A DNA stretch of 64,000 bases. Source: Octopus sinensis (lineage: Eukaryota). This document shows positions 36,873 through 48,792 of this stretch, piece by piece (the stretch's first letter is position 1; the number at the start of each line of letters is the position of its first letter). Below the pieces are notes generated by a model. That model was given only the letters and a program-made list of their open reading frames with translations. It made no database searches and was not told where the DNA came from. A program made the translations under genes and the position numbers. The stretch spans positions 8,184,001 through 8,248,000 of the forward strand of contig NC_043016.1 in assembly GCF_006345805.1 (NCBI RefSeq), read 5' to 3'.

Positions 36873-37676
36873 TAGTTATATATATATATATATATATATA
36901 TGTCTAGTTATTGACAGGATGTGGAGTAACTGCAAATCTTGATGGCTGCTGGTGTGAAAGAATTCATGAAATTCAATAATGCATAACACAGTGAAATGGA
37001 TCTTGCTTGTGTACTAATTTTAGATTTTTGACAAAAGCCTTGCTGCTGATTTAGTTTTTCTTGGTTTTGTTGTTGTTGTTGTTGTTGCTGTCATTGTTTT
37101 ATCCCTTTTTTTTTTTCCTTTTTATGCCACTCAGAATTTTAAATATGTAGACTATTGCGAAATGTGTTTCAAGGATAAATGTGAATCTTGTATGCAGTTA
37201 TCTGTCGTTACTGTTGCTAATTGGGCCTGCTGTGACAGATATAACTCCACCCACATCACACAGACATGTACACACGCACACATGCACACACACACACACA
37301 GCTATGTATGCAGACAGTTGTATATTTGATTTAATTCTATGTACTTGTTGTTGTTGTTCTTAGATTTGTTCAAGACTGGATGACCTGTGGTTTAACCAAA
37401 GATACGGATCATAAGCACTGAGGTCATGTCTACACCTCTTGTTCTTGTTGCTATTGTTTCTTAAGTTTGCTATATCAAGGTCGGTACTGATACAGCAGAC
37501 CAATCTATGGTGGAAGCATTCCAGCCATGACCATCCAATCTTATTTTGTTGGGTGGTGCTGTATCTACATAGCATATATACATTCCATCTTGCTTTCATG
37601 AATAGTGTATTTAGGACTGTGTTATTTGGTGTCTTTCCCTTTTCATTTTTTTTATTAAATAGTAGTAGAATGTTGT

Positions 37677-37903
37677 TTAACCCTTTAGTATTTAAACCGG
37701 CCATATCTGGCTAAAATATTTAATCTGTTTTATTTTCAAACTGACCAGATCCAGGCTCTCACACCTACCCTGCAATGTTATTCTACATTAAGTAATTACA
37801 CCATGAAACTCTTGAAGATATGGGATAATGCATGATTAATTAAAATCAATGGGAATCAATAGGCTTTATGTTTGATAGAATAATCTTAACACTAAAGGGT
37901 TAA
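37677..37903. mobile_element. piggyBac-like MITE family G
   Basis: TTAA|CCCTTTAGT...ACTAAAGGG|TTAA. Confidence 0.82.
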
Positions 37904-38089
37904 GGAGAATTTAGCTGCTGTCTTTTGCTGGCTGAATGTCCACATGCTTTACTCATAGATGTACTTTAGACATGGTAGGTGTTATAGGATTGTGTCAGGA
38001 AGATATTGTTTAGAAACCAGGGAAGACGAGGGAATTTTCTCACACAAATCCTCACAAATAGACACATGTATTTATTTTATGTTTAGCTT

Positions 38090-38312
38090 ATATTTGTTTT
38101 AGTCATTAGACTTGGCCATACTGGAGCACTACTTTGAATTTCTTTTTTTTTTTTTAAGCCTGGTATTAATTGTGTTGGTTTCTTTTAGCTAAACTGCTAA
38201 GTTACAAGGACATAGAAACACTGGTTCTCACGTAGTGGTGGTGGAGGACAAACACAGACACAAAAACACACACACACATGCACATATGATACATATGTAT
38301 ATATAGACACAA

Positions 38313-38343
<31 letters not shown>

Positions 38344-38505
38344 CATTATGTTTCTTTCAGTTTCCATCTACCAAATCCACTCACAAAGCTTCGGTTAACC
38401 CGAGGCTTTTGTGGAAGACACTTGCCCAAGATGCCATGCAGTGGGACTGAACCTGGCATCATGTGGTTGGGAAGCAAGCTTCTTAACACACAGCCATGCC
38501 TGTGC
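38090..38505 (-). mobile_element. SINE family A (diverged)
   Basis: Head and core recognisable. Confidence 0.78.
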
Positions 38506-38728
38506 CTATATGCATATATGACAATCTTCAGTGCCTGTCTACCAAATCACTTTTACAAGGCTTTAATCACCACCCACAGTGGTGGCACAAAATACTTGCC
38601 CAAGTTAGCTCACAGTAGGACTAAAACTTTAGACCATCAAAAGTTTTTCTTTCAGTTTCAGCATATTTAATTGTAAAAGTATGTTAAAATATGTTTACAG
38701 GATACCAATAAGTCTCTTGTGAACAAAA

Positions 38729-39065
38729 TCATCATCACCATCATCATCGTTTAACATCCGCTTTTCATGCTAGCATGGGTTGGACGATTTTGACTGAGGG
38801 CTGGCGAACCAGATGGCTGCACCAGGCCCCGATCTTGATCTGGCAGAGTTTCAACAGCTGGATGCCCTTCCTAATGCCAACCATTCTGAGAGTGTAGTGG
38901 GTGCTTTTTACGCTCAAATCTTTTTACACATGCCACCGGCACAGGTGCCAGTAAGGTGACGTTGGTAACGATCATGCTCGAATGGTGCCCTTTTACGTGC
39001 CACCAGCACAGAAGCCAGTTGGCTGCTCTAGCAATAATCACGCTCGGATAGTGCTCTTGGCGCCC
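38729..39065 (-). mobile_element. Family E repeat
   Basis: Homologous to 2935-3400 with fewer subrepeats. Confidence 0.8.
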
Positions 39066-39359
39066 TATTAAATTAATCCTAATATTTGACTCATACAGGT
39101 ACATTGATTTTGTGGGACCTTTTATTGTAAGGCCTTTTTCAGATTATAAATTTTTTTCCAAGTCAGGGGTGGTCACCTTGGTCAATACATTCTAAACTAA
39201 ATGAATATTGAATTTACTTATATACAGGGTACCTTGATGATTATTGAATTTACTTCAATAATTAAATGAAATACAGGTATCTTGTACATTGGTATAAATG
39301 ATACAGGTTTATTAATTAATGTACTGTGTTAATCACTCATCAATACATGGTACCAATAA

Positions 39360-39569
39360 TGCGGTGAGCTGGCAGAATCGTTAGCATGCCGGGTGAAATG
39401 CTTAGTGGTATTTTGTCTGTCTTTATGTTCAGAGTTTAAATTCCGCTGGGGTCAACTTTGCCTTTCACCTTTCAGGGTCAATAAATTAAGTACCAGTTAC
39501 ATTCTGGGATCAATCCAATTGATTGGCCTCTCCTCAAAATTTTCTGGCCTTGTGCCTAGAGTAGAAAAG
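39360..39569 (+). mobile_element. SINE family B with alternative tail
   Basis: 18-bp TSD AATACATGGTACCAATAA at 39342-39359 and 39570-39587. Confidence 0.88.
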
Positions 39570-39825
39570 AATACATGGTACCAATAAATTTATCTGGCAG
39601 CTGCAGGAATTCGAAGTCCTTGTTCATAAATTAATGAGAATTAAAGGAGGTTCCTGACTATCAATGTTTGGTAAGTCAATGTATCTTCTGATTAATCTCG
39701 CTCACACCTGCTTTTCAGGGTAGGGGATAGTCAATAACATTTCCCCATGTACTTGACTGGTACTTTATCAGCTCCAAAAGTACCAGTCAAGTGAAAGGCG
39801 AAGTTGACATTGGTAGGATTTGAGT

Positions 39826-40185
39826 TCTGTGTGGTAAAAGAAGTTTGCTTCCTAACCACGTGTTTCTAGGTTCGGTCCCACTATGTGGCGCCTTTTGAAA
39901 GTGTTTACTGTAAGCTTCAAGCTGACCAAAGCTTATTGTGTGGATCTGGTAGGCAGAAACTAAAAGAAGCTGATTGTATATTTGTGTATGTGTGTCTATG
40001 TCTCACAACCAGTGTCGGAGTGTTTATGTCCCAGTAACTTAGTGGTCCAACATTAGAGACTGACAGAATAAGTACCAGACTTTAAAAAATAAGTACTGGG
40101 CTAGATTCATTTGATTAAAAATTCTTCAAGTTAGTGCTCCAGCACAGCCACAGTCAAACGACTGAAACTAGTAAAAGATAAGAGA
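39826..40185 (+). mobile_element. SINE family A (diverged)
   Basis: Colinear with the consensus. Confidence 0.75.
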
Positions 40186-40223
40186 TAATCTGAAGAAACA
40201 CTACAGGGCATTTTCCTGATTCT

Positions 40224-40283
<60 letters not shown>

Positions 40284-40331
40284 TGGTGGATTCTGCTAAG
40301 TTCCTATTATAATAGGAATAATTAATATTAT

Positions 40332-40750
40332 TACTCTAAAGCTATACCTTGCTAATTTGATTAGTAGAGATGTTATCAAGAAAGTTTGGTGACAACAAGT
40401 CTCCTCAGATCTCAAGAATATTTCTTAAAATTCTTGCAGAATACAGGATGCACTTTATTGCAGGTCAACAATGTGAGTTTCAATTCCAATATCCTTCAAC
40501 CTCTTCAGTAGAAGTTTGAGTGTTGTGCCAAGTGCACCATTTGCCACGGGGGTAATTGTCATCATGGTCTTCCCAATCTCTTCAGTTCTCTGGCTAAGTC
40601 CTGATATTTTTCAATTTCTTTGGCATTGATTCTATTATCATAAGGTGTTGAAAAGTCTGTGTTCTTACACTGTATCTTATTTTTTCTATTCACTCTATAA
40701 TCATGTAGTCTTACTTCTGTAATATGATCAGTTTTTATGAAGAAGTCCCA
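40332..40750 (-). pseudogene. R4/Dong-clade non-LTR retrotransposon 3' remnant (restriction-like endonuclease region)
   Basis: Minus strand WDFFIKTDH...DFSTPYDNRINAKEIEKYQDLARELKRL...PVANGALGT...ARILRNILEI with frameshifts; bounded by (AAT)n. Confidence 0.75.
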
Positions 40751-40779
40751 TTATTATTGTTGTTGTTGTTGTTGTTATT

Positions 40780-42173
40780 GAGTGAGAGAGCAGTGCATGC
40801 CATCAATGTGACACGGGGGTAAAATATACAACCCCCAGCATACCCATCATGACTACCCATCTGATAAGGGTACACCAGACACATGCATCACAACCATATG
40901 TGCACGTCATGGTGATCTCATATCAAGATAAACAGCACATGACCTTACAGGTGGGGCCCAGTTAGAATTTTCTTCTGGTCAAGTAGCCCATCCTGCTCAA
41001 AAGGTCCCTGAATAAGGGTTGTTTAAGGTTGTTGAACGAAACACGCATGTTTCCTGAAGTGAATTATTCAAACACCAAAGAATCCCTCTCAACACGTAGC
41101 TATGATGCTCCCCCTTATTATTATTATTATTATTGAGTGAGAGAGCAGTGCATGCCATCAAAGTGACACTGGGGTAAAATATACGAAGCCCAGCATACCC
41201 ATCATGACTACCCATCTGATAAGGGTACACCAGGCACATGCATCACAACCATATGTGCACGACATGGTGATCTCATATCAAGATAAACAGCACATGACCT
41301 TGCAGGTGGGGCCCAGTTAGAATTTTCTTCTGGTCAAGTAGCCCATCCTACTCAAAAGGTCCCTGAATAAGGGTTGTTTAAGGTTGTTGAATGAAACACG
41401 CATGTTTCCCGAAGTGAATTATTCAAACACCAAAGAATCCCTCTCAACACGTAGCTATGATGCTCCCCCTTATTATTATTATTATTATTGAGTGAGAGAG
41501 CAGTGCATGCCATCAAAGTGACACTGGGGTAAAATATACGAAGCCCAGCATACCCATCATGACTACCCGTCTGATAAGGGAACACCAGGCACATGCATCA
41601 CAATGATATGTGCACGACATGGTGATCTCATATCAAGATAAACAGCACATGACCTTGCAGGTGGGGCCCAGTTAGAATTTTCTTCTGGTCAAGTAGCCCA
41701 TCCTACTCAAAAGGTCCCTGAATAAGGGTTGTTTAAGGTTGTTGAATGAAACACGCATGTTTCCCGAAGTGAATTATTCAAACACCAAAGAATCCCTCTC
41801 AACACGTAGCTATGATGCTCCCCCTTATTATTATTATTGAGTGAGAGAGCAGTGCATGCCATCAAAGTGACACTGGGGTAAAATATACGAAGCCCAGCAT
41901 ACCCATCATGACTACCCGTCTGATAAGGGAACACCAGGCACATGCATCACAATGATATGTGCACGACATGGTGATCTCATATCAAGATAAACAGCACATG
42001 ACCTTACAGGTGGGGCCCAGTTAGAATTTTCTTCTGGTCGAATAATCCATCCCACCCAAAAGGTTCCTGAATAAGGGTTGTTTAAGGATGTTGAACGAAA
42101 CACCCATATTTCCAGAGGTGAATTATTCAAACACCAAAGAATCCCTCTCAACACGTAGCTATGATGCTCCCCC
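40780..42173 (-). repeat. Four tandem 335-bp units separated by (TTA)n
   Basis: Units at 40780-41114, 41135-41469, 41490-41824 and 41839-42173. Each reads GGGGGAGCATCATAGC...CTCTCTCACTC-(AAT)n on the minus strand. Confidence 0.95.
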
Positions 42174-42195
42174 TTATTATTATTATTATTATTAT

Positions 42196-42620
42196 TCTAT
42201 GTTTGACTTTTGCTTTATATTTGTACAAGTTGGCTCCAAGTCTCACCCAGAGACCTCAAGAGACAACAGGTTGGAAGTTCATGTTGTTGTTATGCCTAGT
42301 GTGCCATATATTTGGTTTTGTATTTAGTGTTGTACTAGTGAATGCCTAAAAAAAAAAGAAGGAAAAAAAGAAGAAAAAAACGAAAATTATGTTTGTTTTA
42401 AAACTTGAGATTACTTGAGTTCCCATGAGCACTATCTTTTGAATTTCTGCCATTTTTGGGTTTCCTGGTATCTGAGTTAGGTAGTAACCAGCCCCTTTTG
42501 CTATCATTCCCAGGGCACCTATGACAACAGGTATTGTTTTAGTCTTCAGGTTCCACATTTTGCTGATTTCTATTTCAAGATCTTTATATTCGCTCAGTTT
42601 TTCGTAGGTCTTGACAGATA
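42196..42620 (-). mobile_element. 5'-truncated R4/Dong-clade retrotransposon (RLE C-terminus + 3' UTR)
   Basis: KTYEKLSEYKDLEIEISKMWNLKTKTIPVVIGALGMIAKG...EIQKIVLMGT matches the R4/Dong C-terminus. (AAT)n lies on both sides, the known Dong target. Confidence 0.85.
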
Positions 42621-43771
42621 TTATTATTATTATTATCATTATTATTATTATTATTATTATCGTGATATAGAAATAAAAAGCTGTTGTTAACAAGATGATT
42701 TGACCTTGCTATATATTTTATGGACCATTGAGGCCTGAAAGCTAAGTTAATCTTAGTGAAATTCCAACAGAGAAATATCCATGCTAGCAAACTAACAATT
42801 ATGTAAAATGGCTGGGTTTTTTTTATTTTACAATAGTTGTAAACTTGATAAAACATGAGAAATGGTACAAAAAAACAAAAAAACAAAGGAAAATAAAATA
42901 AGTACTATATGACAATGATTATACTGGAGATTTCATGAACCTGAAAAAAATATTTTAATACTGTCAAATTATATGGAATAGTAAAACAATTAGAATTTCC
43001 TGGTGGAAATCCAGAAACTAAAATAGAATTATGTAAAATATCTTTGATAAAATGTTTAGCAATTAAAAAAAAAAAAAAAAAAAAAAAAGCAAAAAATTTT
43101 TAGAGCATAATTATGCACCAGATAAAAGCAAGGTAACACATTTTTGTCCCAAAGATTATCCAAGATTTGGAATGTAGAAAAATGTATTAAAAATAAATTG
43201 CAAGATGATGTAATACAAGAATATTGATAGCCTTCACCATTCAAATTTAACAGTATGAGTATCAACATCTGCTAAGTTCCCTTGTAAGGTTCAAGATTGG
43301 ACCTATCCACCCTGATCACAGCATGCACACACACACACACATACATCTCTATATATGCAAACATTTGTATCTGATGCTGTAATAATTGTATCAAATTACC
43401 ACCTAAAATTTATTTATAAGTTTGTTTATTTGTTTTTTTTTGTTAGTTTTTTTCTATTTTTATTTTATTATTATTATTATTACTACTACTACTACTATTA
43501 TGGAAGCAAGTTTTGCTTTTCTATGCCACTGATGATGATGATGATGTCCAAAAGAAAAGCAAAGCCAATACTGTTTGACGTTGGCATCACTTCCCTGAAT
43601 TGGTTTCTCCATTTATCAAACTTAAAATCAATAATAATCAGCACTTAACCATCATCGTTTAACATCCATTTTCCATACTGACATGAACTGGCACTTGGCC
43701 AGCAATTTCACTGAGCAAGTTTCATCAATTCCATTGGTTCCAGTACTCGACTGGTACTGGTGTATTATTTA

Positions 43772-44136
43772 CTAGCACTATGACCCGGCAACGCCAGATC
43801 ATAGTCCTAGTGCATGCATATACAGCTGCGTGCGTGCACACATACACGCGAGTACTGTCCAAATCTCCAACCAATCACATACAGCTAGCTGGCAGTCAAT
43901 TGACGTAATGAAGTTTCGGGCATTTTGATTGGGTTTTGGATAGAAAATTCACAAAAATGTCACTTCTGTTGATTTTTTTTAATGGCTTTGTGGGGTGACT
44001 GGGGAAATGTAAAGATGTGCACAACCACCCTTGGACAGTTTTGAATGACCATAGACAGTGCAAGCCCTCTAACTGAAAAATTGTGGATTTGTATAAAGGA
44101 CACACACAGACAGACATTTTGCCGTTTATATATATA
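43772..44136 (-). mobile_element. Non-autonomous Helitron (second family)
   Basis: CTAG end with adjacent hairpin CTATGACCCGGCAACGCCAGATCATAG. The other end is TTTATATATATA, abutting the next Helitron. Confidence 0.7.
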
Positions 44137-44532
44137 CTAGCAGTATCGCCCGGCGTTGCTCGGGTTTGTAAGGGAAATAACTATATAAGCATTTTTAGAG
44201 AGTTATAGCCAAAAAATAGGAAAAGAATGCATTAAAAATGGAAAAAAATTAAGGTAAATTTCTTTTTAAATCGTTGACACATCGTAGATATTTTTAGAGA
44301 GTTACTTCCCTTATATATAGCGAAAAAAATGCATTAAAAATGGAAAAATATGATGGTAAATTTTTAAAAATCGTAGACTCATCGTAGACGCGCGCTAATA
44401 CCCAGAAGGGCTCGATATGACTCACGACTATAAGATACCCGGTTTTGGTTAAACTGCACTGCAAAATGTGGGAGTAGTTAGGAATCTAAATCGTAGGAGA
44501 CAGACACACAACTTCACTTTTATATATAAAGA
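44137..44532 (-). mobile_element. Non-autonomous Helitron, same family as 34957-35470
   Basis: Same CTAG/hairpin 3' end and a TCTTTATATATAAAA 5' end. Confidence 0.9.
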
Positions 44533-45039
44533 TATAAGTCACGTAGTTATATACACATACTTTGTTATATACACATTCTTAAAAGAAAATGTTATTTTGA
44601 ATACAACATTTATAAAGAATAAAATATTTTTGGTTTTTCTTAACCCTTTCGTTACTATATTTCTGACCAAAATACACCCCTTATGTGTTTCAATTATTTT
44701 CTAACGTAATCATAAATTTAGTCTGGTTTCATTAAACAACTATAACTTTTTTATTTATCAATATATTAATGTGATTTTTGGAAGATAATTTAATGAAATG
44801 TTCTCAACCAATTCTATACTATAATTTTAGTCACAAAGTGACTCTAATTGCAGGTAGATACAGGTAAATTCAACAATATATAAAATTATTAAAATTTTGT
44901 TCAAACATCGCTATAGAAAATGGGTTATTAGCTAATATTCAATTGGGTATACAACAAAATTTTATGATAGAATTCATTATTCTGGGTAACTTTCTGATAC
45001 CCATAATAATATTTATGGCAAAATAGGTCTTAATTTCAT

Positions 45040-45615
45040 TTAAGGTTGTGGGAACAAACTATCCTTTCTTTCGTTTTGTTTACGTTTAGCGTAACGGTTC
45101 GTTTCTGCCGTAATGATTTTAAATAGGCTCATTCGAAAAAGTAAATAGAAATAGTTTAAGGCTTTACTTTTCTGGGAAAGTCTGTGGCTTGGTCCAGTTT
45201 CTTCAGAAAAATCACCGAAAGAAACAGTTTTTAAATTTTCACTCCATTCAGGTACCAATTCGTTTTCTTTATCGCTGTCGGATTCACTGTTTTCACTTTA
45301 ATAGCTGCCAACTTGCAAAGACAAAGGAGGAGAAGGGTGATAGCGTCAGTGAAACAATTCGCTCCCTTTGTGTGTGTGTGCATTTGCGTCTGGTGTAAAC
45401 CAGACTAAGAAAAACATTTGACATACACACCAGAATGTGAGTTTTCTGTAAATTTTGCTTAATTGGAGTTTAAATTTTAAAAACTGGACCTGGCATGACC
45501 CGATGCATTCTACTCTTAAAAATGCTAGGTAAATTGTAATTGAAGAAATCCTATATTGTAGATTTCTATAACTTACAAAGGGAGGCAGATAAAATCTGCC
45601 TTTTATAATAAGAGA
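45040..45615 (-). mobile_element. Probable Helitron/Helentron-like 5' portion
   Basis: Minus strand begins TCTCTTATTATAAAAGGCAGATTTTATCTGCC (TC start plus palindrome). The 3' end was not found, so the left boundary is approximate. Confidence 0.45.
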
Positions 45616-45854
45616 TATATATATATAAATACCACAAAACATTTTATCTAGTTCTCTAAAAATACTGCCAATCCATCACCTTCAACTGGAACTTTATCTT
45701 ATTGACTTCCAGATGGATCAAATACTAAATTTCATTCTATGTACTATGATAGGTTTACAGGATCAAAGTTGATCTACGACTACATGCCAGCCTCACCTGT
45801 CTGGGAGAATCTGATGAAGCATAGGCTCAAACTCCCTTCCACTAGCTAAATATG

Positions 45855-46250
45855 TCTTTTATCCTCTGTTTCTGTGTTTGGGTCTGGCCATGCTAGAACA
45901 CCACCTTCAAGGGTTTAGTTGAACAAATCAATTGCAATCATTTTTTATTTTTTATTTTTAAACTCTGGCACTTATTCCATTCATCTGTTATGGTACAGGG
46001 ATGTAAACAAACCAACACTGGTTGCCAAGTGATGGTAGGAGACAAATTACTAGCACAGAGACAGGCAGACAGACACAGACACACACACACACACATACAA
46101 CAGGCTTCTTTCTGCTTCTGTCTACTAAATCCACTCGAAGCTTTGGTCAACCCAGGACAATGGTAGAAGACACTTATCCAAGGTGTTGTGCAGCAGGACT
46201 GAACCCCAAACCGTGTGGTTGGGAAGCAAACTTCTTAACCACACAGCCAC
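45855..46250 (-). mobile_element. SINE family A (diverged)
   Basis: Head and core recognisable. Confidence 0.78.
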
Positions 46251-46314
46251 ACTTGTGGTACTAGTGATGGTAATTGTAGTGGTGGTGGTTGTGATCATGG
46301 TGATGGTAGTATAA

Positions 46315-46785
46315 GGCGGCAAGCTGGCAGAAACGTTAGCACGCCGGGCTAAATGCTTAACAGTATTTCGTCTGCCGTTACGTTCTGAGTTCAAATTCCG
46401 CTGAGGTCAACTTTGCCTTTCATCCTCTCGGGGTCAATAAATTAAGTACCTATTTCTTTACTACCCACAAGGGACTAAACACAGAGGGGACAAACACGGA
46501 CAGACAAATGGATTAAGTCAATTATATCGACCCCAGTGTGTAACTGGTACTTATTTAATCGACCCCGAAAGGATGAAAAGCAAAGTCAACCTCGGCGGAA
46601 TTTGAACTCAGAACGTAACGGCAAACGAAATACGGCTACGCATTTCACCCAGAGTGCTAATGATTCTGCCAGCTTGCCGCCATCATAAATTATGTACTTG
46701 GGTCGATGTAATCGACTTAATACCTTTGTCTTTCCTTGTTTGTCCCCTCTATGTTTAGCCCCTTGTGGGTACTAAAGAAATAGGT
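46315..46785. mobile_element. SINE B inserted in inverted orientation inside another SINE B
   Basis: Plus-strand copy split at ATAAATTAAGTAC / ATAAATTATGTAC by a full minus-strand copy (about 46450-46681). Confidence 0.88.
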
Positions 46786-47060
46786 AGTGGTGGTGTTGGT
46801 AGTAGCACTGATAGAAGCACTGGTGATGTTAATAGGGGTTGTTGTTGTTGCAGATATGATAGGGTTTGAACCTATGGCCAACTAGTCACTGGGTGCAGCA
46901 CTTTATTCACTGATAAAAGCATAGTTTTGATATCTGAGAAAACAAACACACCACAATACACTATCAATGCCATGCCTCCCCCCTCTCTACACCGCACTCA
47001 CTCTGCACCCAACCAACTAATACAATAAGTATTTTCTTTGATTCAATAACCAATACTTAC

Positions 47061-47286
47061 TTTAGCTTTCTGCTTTAAGCTCTGCTATCATCATCTAGCT
47101 AACTAACAATCCCGAGTCTTCAGCTATTATGAACCGACAACAGAAAGTACGAGCAGGCCTTTGTAATCTGACACTGATATGACAATGAATGGAAGATTAT
47201 CTAATTAAGATAAAGGAGCGGAGTGATTCTGTTTGTCCAAGAACAGCACAGTACTAATAACCCAGCAACTGGTACCGTGGTACCGC
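47061..47286 (-). other. Candidate non-coding exon (unverified)
   Basis: Acceptor ...ctgcttcattccag|GCG and consensus donor AAA|GTAAGT enclose 226 nt of unique DNA. All three frames contain stops. Confidence 0.3.
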
Positions 47287-47722
47287 CTGGAATGAAGCAG
47301 TATTTGACGATAAAAGCCGCATAAAACAATATAACTGAGTTTGACATGAGAAATTCAACACTTGAAAATCTAGATAATTAATTTTGGATCCATTTAGTAT
47401 ATTAACTTCATTCGGAAGACCTGCCTGTGTGTATACACTCAAGTGCGTGCACGCGTGCGCGCGAAAAATATTGGCATGCCCATATATGAATGTAAACACA
47501 GACACATGTATACAAATGCAGTCACACACAATTACATATTGTTTCCATTCATTTTTTAATGAACGAAAAGAGAAAAAGAGAAAACATAAAAGTGCTCAAC
47601 ACCTCTTGATTTTGATGGGTATAGAGCAGGGATGGGCAACTGTTCATCAACTGGGGGGCTTGCCTTGTATCATTTTCTAGTGGGAGAGATCTACATGATA
47701 AAATACATGCGCATGAAATATT

Positions 47723-48051
47723 CTTCTTAAGACTCCGCCGGTTACGACGACGAGGGTCCCAGCTGATACGATCAACGGAACAGCTTGCTCGTGAAATTAA
47801 CGTGCAAATGGCTGAGCATTCCACAGACACGTGTACCCTTAACGTAGTTCTCGGGGATAATCAGCGTGACACAGAGAGTGACAAGGCTGACCCTTTGAAA
47901 TACAGGTACAACTCATTTTTGCCAGCTGAGTGGACTGGAGCAACGTGAAATAAAGTGTCTTGCTCAAGGCCACAACGCGTCGCCGGGAATCGAACTCACA
48001 ACCTTACGATCATGAGCCGAATGCCCTAACTACTAAGCCACGCGCCCTCAC
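47723..48051 (-). mobile_element. Chimeric SINE, D head + C tail
   Basis: 13-bp TSD CGCATGAAATATT at 47710-47722 and 48052-48064. Lies in a degenerate hAT-like MITE (about 47627-48436). Confidence 0.9.
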
Positions 48052-48433
48052 CGCATGAAATATTAATTGCCCACTTTACACTGAATTTCTTTGCAGTTCT
48101 TATTTGTATTAGTCTTAGTATGAAAGTTTACATTAAGCTGGCGTCTCTTTCATTATTTCCTAATGGTAATAATGATGATTACTAGTGCAAATAGATTATA
48201 GTTTAAAATATGGAGGTAAAAAAAAAAAAAAGAAAATTCATTGATATTTTATTAAAGAACAGATTTTATTATCCGTATCAGTGAGATTTTTACGCATTCA
48301 CATTCTTTACCATGTTTTCGATATTAAGTAGAATTTGAGATATCGCCCTTCTTAGGTTATGCTGCAAATTAGTAACCTAGAAACTTGTTAGGGGCCACAC
48401 AACAACATGTCAAGGGCCACAGGTTACCCATGC

Positions 48434-48531
48434 ATGGTACCTTGGGAAAGTGTCTTCTACTATAGCCTTGGGCTGACCAAAGCCTTGTGAGTGGATTTGG
48501 TAGACGGAAACTGAAAGAAGCCTGTCATATA

Positions 48532-48578
<47 letters not shown>

Positions 48579-48792
48579 ATATGTTTGTGTGTCTGCGTTT
48601 GTCCCCCCCAACATCGCTTGACAACCAATGCTGGTGTGTTTAAGACCCTGTAACTTAGCAGTTCAGCAAAAGAGGCCGATGGAATAAGTACTAGGCTTCC
48701 AAAGAATAAGTCCTGGGGTCGATTTGCTCGACTAAAGGCAGTGCTCCAGCATGGCCACAGTCAAACGACTGAAACAAGTAAAAGAGCAGAGA
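48434..48792 (+). mobile_element. SINE family A, 5'-truncated
   Basis: Core to tail present. Confidence 0.85.

Noticed and set aside
37135-37330. Plus-strand acceptor followed by NFKYVDYCEMCFKDKCESCMQ (CxxC-CxxC)
   Set aside because: It runs into a CA microsatellite and has no good donor or recognisable family, so it is likely chance.
40780-42173. Repeated 78-80 aa ORFs as a tandem gene cluster
   Set aside because: The ORFs cross unit boundaries through the (AAT)n spacer (poly-N), and there is no sign of coding constraint.
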